From Oscillospiraceae bacterium (GTDB lineage: Bacteria > Bacillota > Clostridia > Oscillospirales > Oscillospiraceae): a stretch of DNA of 64,000 nt. Below the pieces are notes generated by a model that ran no database searches, had not been told where the DNA came from, and saw only the letters and a list, made by a program, of their open reading frames with translations. This document shows positions 16,811-25,737 of the stretch, one piece after another. The stretch spans positions 2,834 to 66,833 of the forward strand of contig DBFWVW010000091.1 of NCBI GenBank assembly GCA_048217285.1. Reading direction: 5' to 3'. A program made the translations under genes and the position numbers. Position 1 is the first letter of the stretch. Each line of letters starts with the position of its first letter.

Positions 16811-18241
16811 ATGGAGCAGCTCGCGAAAAACCAACTGCATACCGCTGAGATCACGGGTTATACGTCCGACGGTGCGGGCGTGTGCCACATTGCCGGCCGC
16901 GCTGTATTTGTAAAAGGCGCGCTTGCCGGCGAGACGTGGCAGGTTCGCATCCTGAAGGTGACAGCCAATGCCGTCTACGGAAAGGCGGAGCAGTGCCTGT
17001 CCTCCACTCCGGCACGTACACAACCGCCCTGCCCTGTCTACCGCACCTGCGGCGGCTGCAGCCTGCAGCATATGGACTACGACGAGCAGCTGCGCATGAA
17101 GCTTGCCCGCGTCAATGATGCCCTTGTGCGTATCGGCGGCGTTCCGGCCCCGGTGCAGGACATCATCGGTATGGAGTACCCACTCTGTTACCGGAACAAG
17201 GCGATTTACGCTGTCGGTAAAAAAGACGGTCGTGTAGTCAAGGGCTTTTACCGCGTATCCAGCCACGACATCACGCCTGTGGAGCAGTGTCTGCTCCAGC
17301 TCCCGCTTGCGGATAAAGCAGCTCAGGCAGTCTGCGGCTGGATGAATCTGCGTGGTATCGAGCCATATGATGAAGCCACCGGCCGTGGCACGGTGCGGCA
17401 TCTGTTCACGCGCTGCGCCATGCACACGTCGGATGCTGTGCTGTGTATCGTCTCTGCGCGCGGCTTTGGCGCGCAGACGGACGATTTGATCATTTACCTG
17501 CGTGAGCATTGCCCGGAGTTGACCGGCATTGTGCTCAATGTGAATAAGCAAAAGGGCAACGTTGTGCTCGCGGGAGATTTTTACACGCTCTGGGGCGAAG
17601 CCGAACTGACCGACCGGCTCTGCGGACTGACATTTACGCTCTCACCGCAGGCGTTTTATCAGGTCAATCCCGTGCAGGCCGAGCGGCTGTATGAGCGTGC
17701 GGTAGAATATGCCGTCAACGCGCCGATGGATCAGGTTCTGGACCTGTACTGCGGCGCCGGAACAATCAGCCTGTGCCTGGCACGAAAAGCCGCGCACGTC
17801 ATCGGGGCAGAGATTGTTCCTGAAGCGATCGAGAACGCACGCCGGAATGCGGAGCGAAACGGCATGGAAAATGCGGAGTTTCTCTGCGCTGATGCCGGAG
17901 CGGCTGCGGCAGAGTTTGCCCGGCGCGGTATCCGGCCTGACTGCATTGTGGTCGATCCCCCGCGCAAAGGTATGTACCTGGAGGCCATTGACGCGATGGT
18001 GTCCATGCGGCCGCCGCGGATCGTCTACGTCTCCTGTGATCCGGGCACGCTCGCGCGCGACGTAAAGCTGCTCACGCAGCACGGCTATGCGCTCACGCAG
18101 GCGCTGGCCGTGGATATGTTCCCGCAGACACCGCATGTGGAGACGGTGGCATTGCTGACGTATACATCTAGTGCAGGAAAAAGCAATTGTGCTGAGAACA
18201 TCGGCAAGGCATCATGCGCGCAGGAGCTTGTTGAATTTTAA
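16811..18241 (+). CDS. rlmD: 23S rRNA (uracil-5-)-methyltransferase RlmD/RumA family
   Basis: TRAM domain at the N-terminus, Fe-S cluster cysteines CPVYRTCGGCSLQH, SAM motif LDLYCGAGTIS, catalytic VSCDPGTLARD. It carries about 30 extra C-terminal residues after HVETVALL. Confidence 0.88.
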   Translation: MEQLAKNQLHTAEITGYTSDGAGVCHIAGRAVFVKGALAGETWQVRILKVTANAVYGKAEQCLSSTPARTQPPCPVYRTCGGCSLQHMDYDEQLRMKLARVNDALVRIGGVPAPVQDIIGMEYPLCYRNKAIYAVGKKDGRVVKGFYRVSSHDITPVEQCLLQLPLADKAAQAVCGWMNLRGIEPYDEATGRGTVRHLFTRCAMHTSDAVLCIVSARGFGAQTDDLIIYLREHCPELTGIVLNVNKQKGNVVLAGDFYTLWGEAELTDRLCGLTFTLSPQAFYQVNPVQAERLYERAVEYAVNAPMDQVLDLYCGAGTISLCLARKAAHVIGAEIVPEAIENARRNAERNGMENAEFLCADAGAAAAEFARRGIRPDCIVVDPPRKGMYLEAIDAMVSMRPPRIVYVSCDPGTLARDVKLLTQHGYALTQALAVDMFPQTPHVETVALLTYTSSAGKSNCAENIGKASCAQELVEF

Positions 18242-18406
18242 AATACGACGGCTTGAATACGCTCCTGTACGGCACTGCAGATCCACGATGTCTTTGGTGA
18301 CTACGAGCTCATAATTCCTGACTACGACATCGATATGGTCTGCGGGATGCTGAACCTCTCCATGGATGTTTGAAGTAAGAAAAGTGTATTTTCTGCAAAA
18401 TGTCTC

Positions 18407-18435
18407 TTGCAATGCACCAAATCTTGTGATATAGT
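18407..18435 (+). promoter_or_regulatory. Sigma-A-type promoter for secG
   Basis: TTGCAA (18407-18412), 17-nt spacer, TATAGT (18430-18435). Confidence 0.55.
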
Positions 18436-18483
18436 AACTCCGTTATATTAGATGATTTTCCCTATCACGAAAGGATGAATACC

Positions 18484-18735
18484 ATGACTACTTTGGAACT
18501 GATTCTGACGATTATCCAGCTTCTGTCCGGTCTGGCTGTGACCGTGATCGTGCTGATGCAGTCCGGTAAGAGCGCAGGTCTGTCCGGCGCCATTGCTGGC
18601 GGTGCGGAAACGTTCCTTTCTAAGGGCAAAGCCAAGACGCTCGATGCCAAGCTCGCGAAGGCGACGAAGTGGTTCGGTCTTGTCTTTGTCATCCTGACGC
18701 TCGTGCTGACCGTTCTGATGCACAAGGGCGCGTAA
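18484..18735 (+). CDS. secG: Preprotein translocase subunit SecG
   Basis: Two TM helices and LMQSGKSAGLSGAIAGG. The ORF is open from ATG 18475, but the GAAAGGA RBS (18468-18474) fits the ATG at 18484 better. Confidence 0.85.
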   Translation: MTTLELILTIIQLLSGLAVTVIVLMQSGKSAGLSGAIAGGAETFLSKGKAKTLDAKLAKATKWFGLVFVILTLVLTVLMHKGA

Positions 18736-18760
18736 TTTCTGGCACACAGCTGTATAAAGT

Positions 18761-18794
18761 GTATCCCCCGGCAACGCCGGGGGATACGCTTTTT
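18761..18794. terminator. Bidirectional terminator (secG / TIGR01440 gene)
   Basis: GTATCCCCCGG caacg CCGGGGGATAC followed by GCTTTTT. Confidence 0.75.
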
Positions 18795-18804
18795 CATATT
18801 TCCT

Positions 18805-19347
18805 TCAGTCCGGGTACTCTGCACGGTTGCCGCCAATCAGTTTTGGCCGTGTACGGGCAGCGTTGACCGGGGCTTCCCCAATCGTTTTAACCGATAGACG
18901 CAACGGCACAGCCACATGCTTGAGGTGCATACCGATCATGGTGTTGCCGATATCGAGGCCGGCGTCTGCCTTGACGAATTCGACCGCGACCGGGTCATCC
19001 ATCGCCTCATAAACAGCCGTAGCAAACGATCCGCCGGCTTTCGGCCGTGGGCGGACGCAGACGATCTCGTATCCAAATTTCTCAGCGGCGGCGCGCTCCA
19101 TAATCAGGGCACGATTGAGATGCTCACAGCACTGTGCTTCCAGATAGAGGCCGTGTTCTTTCAGAATGGGCAGAATCTCATCGACCACAGCTTTTGCTGC
19201 TTCAGGGGTCGAACCCTTGCCAATTTTTTGCCCCATGATCTCGCTTGAGGAGCAGCCGATCACGACCTGCTGACCGGGCTTGAGCGCGGCAGCATCCAGT
19301 AGCTCAAGCAGAGCTGCGCGGGCCGATTTCCGAATCTCTTCATACAT
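18805..19347 (-). CDS. TIGR01440/DUF436 family protein
   Basis: 180 aa. VVIGCSSSEIMGQKIGKGST, EAQCCEHLNRAL and RPKAGGSFA are typical of the family. Confidence 0.8.
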   Translation of the reverse strand: MYEEIRKSARAALLELLDAAALKPGQQVVIGCSSSEIMGQKIGKGSTPEAAKAVVDEILPILKEHGLYLEAQCCEHLNRALIMERAAAEKFGYEIVCVRPRPKAGGSFATAVYEAMDDPVAVEFVKADAGLDIGNTMIGMHLKHVAVPLRLSVKTIGEAPVNAARTRPKLIGGNRAEYPD

Positions 19348-19410
19348 AAATGGTCATCTCCAGACAGTTATTAAAAATTCTTATTTCCATTGTAGCACGG
19401 CGCAGTGCAT

Positions 19411-19439
19411 TTGACAATCCTCTGCAAGGCGTGTATCAT
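19411..19439 (+). promoter_or_regulatory. Sigma-A-type promoter for the DUF3048 gene
   Basis: TTGACA (19411-19416), 17-nt spacer, TATCAT (19434-19439). Confidence 0.55.
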
Positions 19440-19475
19440 GAGCGTTGACCAAATCATAACAGGAGGATTGCTGTT

Positions 19476-20507
19476 TTGAAACGCATTTTTGCTTGTCTTC
19501 TCGCTGCGGCGCTGCTTGTCTGCTCCGGCTGCGGCATCAAATCTGAAAAACCGTCGACCAACAGTGCTGCCGGAAAAACGGAGAACTACTATGCCCCACT
19601 GACCGGTGAGCTGCTGAGCACAAAGCCGGAAAACACCCGGCCGTTTGCTGTCATGATCAACAACATTGTCTACGCGCAGCCGCAGGTCGGCATCAGCAAC
19701 GCCGACATGATCTACGAGATCCCGGCCGAGGGCGGGATCACACGAATGATGGCGATCTTCAGCCACTTGTACGATGTCGAGTCTGTCGGCAGTATTCGCA
19801 GTCTGCGTCCGTACTACCTGAGCGTCGCCCTGTCGTATGACGCCATCGTCATCCATGCCGGCGGCAGCGAGCAGGCCTACAGTGATGTCAAAACCTACAA
19901 TGCCGATCATCTTGACGGCGTGCGCGACGGCAACACCAGTACCATGTTCTACCGCGACGCCAGCCGTGGCCAGCACGGTTCGGAGCATACGCTGTTCTTC
20001 CACGGTGCAAATGTGGAGGCGCTCGTTGACAAATACCAGTTTCGCACGGAGCACGAGAGCAGCTACAAGACAGGTCTGACCTTCGCTGACAACGCTGCCG
20101 AGCAGTGCACCGGTGGTGCGGCTGCGAACGTGCAGGTGACGTTCAATACGTCCAAGAGCACGTCCTTTACTTACCATAGCGACAGCGGCAAATACACAGC
20201 TGTTCAGTATAAGGATGACTATAAGGACGGTGCGACCGGAGAAGCAGTTACATTTTCCAATTTGCTCATTCTCTCGGCCGATATGAAGACGGTTGACAGC
20301 TACGGACGTCTGGCGGTCGATCTCATCGGCAGCGGTACCGGTTACTTTGTGACAGGTGGAAAATATGTTCCGATCAAGTGGTCGCGCAGCGATATCAACA
20401 GCTGCTTTACTTACACGCTTGAAGACGGCACGGCGCTGAACCTTTCGCGCGGCACGACCTATGTCGGCGTGATTCCGACCAGTGGTGGTAGCGCAAACTT
20501 CAGCTAA
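19476..20507 (+). CDS. DUF3048 domain lipoprotein
   Basis: TTG start 9 nt after AGGAGG. Lipoprotein signal LLAAALLVCSGC. PFAVMINNIVYAQPQVGISNADMIYEIPAEGGITRMMAIF is typical of DUF3048. Confidence 0.82.
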   Translation: MKRIFACLLAAALLVCSGCGIKSEKPSTNSAAGKTENYYAPLTGELLSTKPENTRPFAVMINNIVYAQPQVGISNADMIYEIPAEGGITRMMAIFSHLYDVESVGSIRSLRPYYLSVALSYDAIVIHAGGSEQAYSDVKTYNADHLDGVRDGNTSTMFYRDASRGQHGSEHTLFFHGANVEALVDKYQFRTEHESSYKTGLTFADNAAEQCTGGAAANVQVTFNTSKSTSFTYHSDSGKYTAVQYKDDYKDGATGEAVTFSNLLILSADMKTVDSYGRLAVDLIGSGTGYFVTGGKYVPIKWSRSDINSCFTYTLEDGTALNLSRGTTYVGVIPTSGGSANFS

Positions 20508-20526
20508 GAAAACACCGAAGATTGGC

Positions 20527-20567
20527 AGCACTATGTGCGTGGGAGCCCGCGCACATAGTGCTTTTTT
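20527..20567 (+). terminator. Rho-independent terminator
   Basis: AGCACTATGTGCG ...loop... CGCACATAGTGCT followed by TTTTT. Confidence 0.8.
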
Positions 20568-20663
20568 CTACCCGGATGCGGTTGCCTCCGCTCGATCATG
20601 TTTGCTATAATAGCTGTGTGCAGCAGGAACGATCGCTGCAAGTGCACAGAAAGGAAGATTGCT

Positions 20664-21535
20664 ATGACCTACAATTTTGACGAGATCATTGATCGCCGCC
20701 ACACCAACGCACTCAACACGGATGGTTTCCGCGGCTATATTTTTCACGCCGGACCGGAAAAGGTATTTGCCTTCAAGGATGAAGAATTTGTCCGTATGTG
20801 GATTTTGAGGACTTCGAGCACAAGTGTGCCGATCCCGCCTGCAAGCTGGTGTTCTGGTGCAACCCGCAAAACCCCACCGGCCGTATGTGGACGGAGGAAG
20901 AGCTCAAGCGAGTGGGCGCGATCATCGAAAAGTATAACCTTTGGGTAGTATCCGACGAGATCCATTGTGACCTGATCCGCTGCAGCCGCCGTCATATCCC
21001 GATGGCGAAAGTTTTGGACAGATATCCCAAGCTTATCACCTGCATGGCGCCCACCAAGACCTTTAACATGGCCGGGCTGGCATTTTCCAATATCATCATC
21101 CGGGATCCGGCGCTGCGTGCGCGTTTTCAGGAACGTGACAAGCTGTTTGGCATGGTCAATCCCATGTCACTGACAGCGGCACAGGCAGCCTATGCACATG
21201 GTGGTGCATGGCATGAGGCACTGAAGCAGTACCTCGACGAAAACTTCGCGTTTGTCAAGGTGTTTCTGGAGCGGGAGCTCCCGGAGACGGTCATGTACAT
21301 TCCGGAGGCGACGTATCTGGCGTGGGTTGACCTGTCACACTGTTTGCCGGATGTAAAAGATCTGCCGGATTTCTTCGCCAATAAGGCAGGCGTCCTGCTC
21401 GAGGGCGGGGATTCCCTCTTCGTCGGCAATGCCAAAGGGTACGTGCGCCTGAATCTTGCGATGCCGCGAGCGATCATTCAGACCGGCCTGGAGCGGATGC
21501 GGGATGCGATCCGCAAAGAGCAGGCCGGGCGTTGA
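20664..21535 (+). pseudogene. MalY/PatB-type PLP-dependent C-S lyase/aminotransferase, disrupted by an internal deletion plus frameshift
   Basis: The N-terminal 46 codons (MTYNFDEIIDRRHTNA...EEFVRMW) are in one frame. The C-terminal 245 codons (DFEDFEHKCADPACKLVFWCNPQNPTG...APTKTFNMAG...) are in another. The junction is at about 20796-20802. Roughly 100 residues expected between these blocks are absent. Confidence 0.8.
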
Positions 21536-21545
21536 ACGAGATGGC

Positions 21546-21583
21546 AAAATCCCGATATGGCCGTGACCATATCGGGATTTTTT
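21546..21583. terminator. Bidirectional terminator
   Basis: AAAATCCCGATATGG ccgtga CCATATCGGGATTTT. Confidence 0.8.
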
Positions 21584-21588
21584 ACATT

Positions 21589-21921
21589 TTATTCCCACGT
21601 TTTCCACACATCCGGGCAGTAGCCAACGGTGGCCTGCCTGCCATTGCGGACGATGGGCGTCTGCAGCAGGGACGGATCTTCGAGCAGACGCTCGATCTTG
21701 TCCTGCTCATAGGCCAGATGCTGCACGAGCGCGTAGTCCGCCGCCTTGGAATTGAGCATGGCGTCGAGCCCAACGGCGTTTTTCACGCTCGTCAGCTCAC
21801 CGCGGCTCATGCCGTAACGCAGCAGGTCAATGGCCTGATATGGGATGCGCCGCTCTTTAAAATAGCGCTCGGCCTTTTTTGTGTCAAAGCATTTGGATTT
21901 GCCCCAAATCTGGATCTTCAT
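21589..21921 (-). CDS. ArsC/Spx family protein (YffB-like)
   Basis: MKIQIWGKSKCFDTKKAERYFKERRIPYQAIDL is an ArsC-family N-terminus with a single Cys. The start is set at the internal MKIQIWG. Confidence 0.75.
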   Translation of the reverse strand: MKIQIWGKSKCFDTKKAERYFKERRIPYQAIDLLRYGMSRGELTSVKNAVGLDAMLNSKAADYALVQHLAYEQDKIERLLEDPSLLQTPIVRNGRQATVGYCPDVWKTWE

Positions 21922-21937
21922 GACGCGTCTCCTCTGC

Positions 21938-23596
21938 TCAGACTTCAATGATCACGGGCAGCACCATGGGGCTGCGGCGCGTGGTCTTATACAGATAGCC
22001 GCTGATGTTTGACTTCACACGGCCTTTGATCGTCGCCCAGTCGTGCTGTTTTTGGCGTTCGCAGCTGGCAAGACTCTCGTTGACAACACGCTTGAGTTCG
22101 CCCATGAGTGCCTCCGCCTCTTTGACATACACAAAGCCGCGGGTGATGATCTCGGGATCAGTGACTGGTTTTCCGTTTTCGGACGAGAGCGTAATGATGG
22201 CCATGACAATGCCATCCTCGGCCAGATGCTGGCGGTCACGTAGCACGGCGCTGCCGACGTCGCCAATACCGGTGCCGTCAATATACACATCGCCCGCCGG
22301 GACATTGCTCGTCGCGCGCATACTGCGCTTGGTGATCTCGATCACTTCGCCGTTTTTGGCTACGAGCACATTCTTTGCTTCCACACCCATGAGTTTGCCG
22401 ATCTCGGCGTGCTTGCACAGCATACGGTATTCACCGTGCACCGGAATGAAGTAGTGCGGCTTTGTCAGCGCGAGCATCATCTTCAGTTCCTCCTGGCACG
22501 CATGACCGGAGACGTGCAGCGGTGTGTTGCGGTCGTAGATGACCTCTGCCCCTTTCTGGAACAGCTCGTCAATTACGCGGCTGATCGTGATCTCGTTGCC
22601 GGGAATGGCCGAAGCAGAGATGATAATGCGGTCTCCGGCATCGATCGTGACCTGCTTGTGCTCCGAAAATGCCATGCGATGCAGTGCAGACATGGGCTCA
22701 CCTTGGCTGCCTGTGCAGACAATGACGGTCTTGCTGCGCGGCAGACTGCCGATCTGTGACATGTCCATCATGACGCCGTCCGGGATGTCCACATAGCCGA
22801 GCTCGGTCGCCACGCGCATAACATTTTCCATGCTGCGGCCGGTAATGCCGACCTTGCGCTTATACTTCGCCGCTACATTGATGATCTGCTGCAGGCGGTG
22901 GACATTGGACGCGAACGTCGTGACGATGATACGTTTATTGCAGTCCTTAAATAATTCGTCAAAGCAGTCGATCACGCGCGCCTCCGAGGCACAGTAGCCC
23001 GGACGCTCCACATTTGTGGAGTCCGACAGCAGCGCGAGCACGCCCTCGTTGCCAAGCTGGCCGAGACGCGGCAGATCGATCATGCCACCCTGGATGGGGG
23101 TAAGGTCGATCTTGAAGTCACCCGTGTGGATGACGGTACCGATCGGCGTTTTGATCGCCAGCGCAACGGAATCGGCGATGCTGTGGTTCGTGTGGATAAA
23201 TTCTATCTCGAAGCAGCCGAGTTTGAACTTATCTCCCGGCTTTTTCGTAAAGATCTGCGTGTGATAAAGCAGGTCATGCTCTTCCAGCTTGAGCTCAATG
23301 ATCGCTGCCGTCAAGGGGGTGGCATAGATCGGCATATCCAGCTGCTTGAGCACGTATGGGATTGCGCCGATGTGGTCCTCATGTCCGTGCGTGATGACCA
23401 TGCCGCGGATACGGCTTTTGTTTGCCTTCAGATAGCTGATATCCGGAATGACCATGTCCACACCGTAGAGGTCCTGATCCGGAAAGCCCATGCCGCAGTC
23501 AACAAGGAACATATCCTTGCCATACTCATAGACGGTGAGGTTCTTGCCGATTTCGCCAAGGCCGCCGAGCGGGATGATTTTTAATTTGGATGCCAT
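21938..23596 (-). CDS. rnj: Ribonuclease J
   Basis: MASKLKIIPLGGLGEIGKN..., metallo-beta-lactamase motif ITHGHEDHIG, plus beta-CASP and C-terminal domains. 552 aa after trimming the spurious N-terminal extension of the 616-aa ORF. Confidence 0.94.
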   Translation of the reverse strand: MASKLKIIPLGGLGEIGKNLTVYEYGKDMFLVDCGMGFPDQDLYGVDMVIPDISYLKANKSRIRGMVITHGHEDHIGAIPYVLKQLDMPIYATPLTAAIIELKLEEHDLLYHTQIFTKKPGDKFKLGCFEIEFIHTNHSIADSVALAIKTPIGTVIHTGDFKIDLTPIQGGMIDLPRLGQLGNEGVLALLSDSTNVERPGYCASEARVIDCFDELFKDCNKRIIVTTFASNVHRLQQIINVAAKYKRKVGITGRSMENVMRVATELGYVDIPDGVMMDMSQIGSLPRSKTVIVCTGSQGEPMSALHRMAFSEHKQVTIDAGDRIIISASAIPGNEITISRVIDELFQKGAEVIYDRNTPLHVSGHACQEELKMMLALTKPHYFIPVHGEYRMLCKHAEIGKLMGVEAKNVLVAKNGEVIEITKRSMRATSNVPAGDVYIDGTGIGDVGSAVLRDRQHLAEDGIVMAIITLSSENGKPVTDPEIITRGFVYVKEAEALMGELKRVVNESLASCERQKQHDWATIKGRVKSNISGYLYKTTRRSPMVLPVIIEV

Positions 23597-23735
23597 TCGT
23601 AACTCCTTTACGTTTGCTTTCGGGCAGACTACTCCCCCGGAAGCAGGTTGATTTTTTCGAAAAATATGTACGAAATGCGTTGTCTGCGGCGGCGGATATC
23701 CAGAGTATTCCCAGAAATCCGAGCCGTCAAACCTG

Positions 23736-24335
23736 TTACATTTCCATTCGGCCGGCCAGCGCCCGCAGGAGCGTGGCATCGTCCGCATATTCCAGATTGG
23801 AACCGACCGGAATACCGTAAGCCAGCCGCGTGATCTTCACGTCAAACGGCTTGAGCAGGCGCGCGATGTACATCGCGGTCGCCTCGCCTTCCGTGTCGGG
23901 GTTCGTGGCCATGATGACCTCCGCGATCCCACCGGCAGCTACGCGCTTGACCAGCTCCTGGATCCGGATGTCATCCGGGCCGATGTGATTCATGGGCGAC
24001 AGCACGCCGTGCAGGACATGATAGACGCCGTTATATTCGCGGCTGCGCTCAAACGAGAGCACATCACGTGGCTGCGCCACGACGCAGATCGTGCTCTGGT
24101 CGCGCTTCGGGGATGCACAGATGGTGCACGTCTCCTGGTCGGTGAGATTCTGACAGATGCTGCAGCAATGAATGTTTTTCTTCGCGTCCACAATGGCCGC
24201 GGCAAATTTCAGCGCCTCCTCCTCCGGGAGGGACAGAACATGAAACGCCAGACGCTGCGCGCTCTTGCGCCCGACGCCGGGCAGTGCAGCGAACTGGTCA
24301 ATGAGATTTTCGAGTGCATTCGGAAAAAATGACAT
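23736..24335 (-). CDS. recR: Recombination protein RecR
   Basis: HhH at LPGVGRKSAQRLAFH, zinc finger CCSICQNLTDQETCTIC, Toprim domain. Confidence 0.94.
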   Translation of the reverse strand: MSFFPNALENLIDQFAALPGVGRKSAQRLAFHVLSLPEEEALKFAAAIVDAKKNIHCCSICQNLTDQETCTICASPKRDQSTICVVAQPRDVLSFERSREYNGVYHVLHGVLSPMNHIGPDDIRIQELVKRVAAGGIAEVIMATNPDTEGEATAMYIARLLKPFDVKITRLAYGIPVGSNLEYADDATLLRALAGRMEM

Positions 24336-24352
24336 GGGAATACCGTCCTGAA

Positions 24353-25006
24353 TCAAGCGTTGCGGATGGCGGCGATAGCTGCCGCACGGTCATTCTGGCG
24401 GAACACAGCGCTGCCGGCCACAAGCACGTTGGCGCCCGCCTGCTTCACGAGCGGGGATGTCTCCGGATCGATGCCGCCGTCTACCTCCAGCTCGCAAGCG
24501 GGATTGACCTGCAGAATCCGCTCATGCAGCTGTGCGATCTTCGGCAGCTGATCGGCCATAAAGCGCTGGCCCCCGAAACCCGGTTCCACCGTCATGACAA
24601 GTGCCAGGTCCAGCAGTGGCAGATATGGGATGAGCACGCTCTCCGGCGTTTTTGGCTTGATGGCAAGGCCGACCTTCTTGCCGTGCGCCTTCACGTCCTC
24701 GAGTGCTGCGAAAACATCCTGCGGCTCGTCCGCCTCTACATGAAATACGACGAGATCTGCTCCGGCGTCGCAAAATTCACTGACATAACGGTGCGGGCGA
24801 TCGATCATGAGGTGGACATCCAGAAACATCTGCGTATGCTTGCGCACAGACTTCACGACCGGAATGCCAATCGAAATATTCGGTACAAAAATGCCGTCCA
24901 TCACATCGATATGGATGTAGTCCGCGCCGCCGGCCTCAATCTGGCGGATGTCCTCACCGAGTGTGCAGAAGTCTGCTGAGAGAATGGAAGGTGCAAGTTT
25001 TATCAT
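24353..25006 (-). CDS. rpe: Ribulose-phosphate 3-epimerase
   Basis: MIKLAPSILSADF, HIDVMDG, HVEA, VMTVEPGFGGQ, VDGGI. Confidence 0.94.
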   Translation of the reverse strand: MIKLAPSILSADFCTLGEDIRQIEAGGADYIHIDVMDGIFVPNISIGIPVVKSVRKHTQMFLDVHLMIDRPHRYVSEFCDAGADLVVFHVEADEPQDVFAALEDVKAHGKKVGLAIKPKTPESVLIPYLPLLDLALVMTVEPGFGGQRFMADQLPKIAQLHERILQVNPACELEVDGGIDPETSPLVKQAGANVLVAGSAVFRQNDRAAAIAAIRNA

Positions 25007-25123
25007 GGATGCCACTCCGATCTACGAATATCCGGTAAGCCGGATGAAGTCCACATTCTATAACTAAGTTATTATACACCTGTTGCGGATATCCTGCAAG
25101 TGCCGGGAGCAAAAAATCGCCGC

Positions 25124-25152
25124 TTGACGAATGACGCTGCCTGCGCTATCAT
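25124..25152 (+). promoter_or_regulatory. Sigma-A-type promoter
   Basis: TTGACG (25124-25129), 17-nt spacer, TATCAT (25147-25152). Confidence 0.5.
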
Positions 25153-25188
25153 GTGCTTCAGATACTTCAAAGAACAGGAGCGAATCAA

Positions 25189-25671
25189 ATGTCTATCGAA
25201 GCAGGAAGAGCGTATTTCCGGCAGTTTGGTATGGAAGACCGCGTGCAGGAGTTCACGGTCTCGAGCGCAACCGTCGATCTGGCGGCAAAGGCACTCGGCG
25301 TTGAGGGCACACGGATCGCAAAGACACTGTCGTTCAAGACGGCGGACGGCTGTATGCTGATCCTTGCCGCCGGAGATGCACGCATTGATAACCATAAATT
25401 CAAGGAAAAATTCCATATGAAGGCAAAAATGCTTTCGGCTGATGAGGTGCTGGAGCTGGTTGGCCACCCGGTCGGCGGCGTATGCCCTTTCGGCTGCAAG
25501 GAAGGCATCCCGGTGTATCTGGACGTGTCACTGCAGCGGTTTGAAACCGTGTTCCCCGCCGTTGGCAGTCCGTCGAGCGCGATCGAGCTGAACCTCGATG
25601 AACTCTACAAATACTCTAACGCCCTTGCGTGGATCGATGTCTGCAAGCTCCCTGCCCCAGCCGAGGTGTGA
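25189..25671 (+). CDS. YbaK/EbsC/ProX family aminoacyl-tRNA trans-editing domain protein
   Basis: 160 aa. IAKTLSFKTADGCMLILAAGDARIDNHKFK and GHPVGGVCPFG. Confidence 0.75.
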   Translation: MSIEAGRAYFRQFGMEDRVQEFTVSSATVDLAAKALGVEGTRIAKTLSFKTADGCMLILAAGDARIDNHKFKEKFHMKAKMLSADEVLELVGHPVGGVCPFGCKEGIPVYLDVSLQRFETVFPAVGSPSSAIELNLDELYKYSNALAWIDVCKLPAPAEV

Positions 25672-25680
25672 GCAGAACGC

Positions 25681-25718
25681 ACAAAAGCCTGACGAACCAT
25701 CGTTCGTCAGGCTTTTGT
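25681..25718. terminator. Bidirectional terminator
   Basis: ACAAAAGCCTGACGAAC catc GTTCGTCAGGCTTTTGT (17-nt arms). Confidence 0.85.
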
Positions 25719-25737
25719 GTTCGTAATCAGCTGGATA

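Noticed and set aside
18212-18412. 66-codon minus-strand ORF between rlmD and secG.
   Set aside because: It has no RBS, overlaps the 3' end of rlmD and the secG -35 element, and has no recognisable motif. It is treated as part of a possible gene-remnant region instead.
25061-25073. Short palindrome ATAACT-a-AGTTAT in the rpe / ybaK-like divergent region.
   Set aside because: It is a 6-bp-arm AT-rich palindrome in an AT-rich spacer and is easily expected by chance. It has no positional relation to the promoter elements I could identify.
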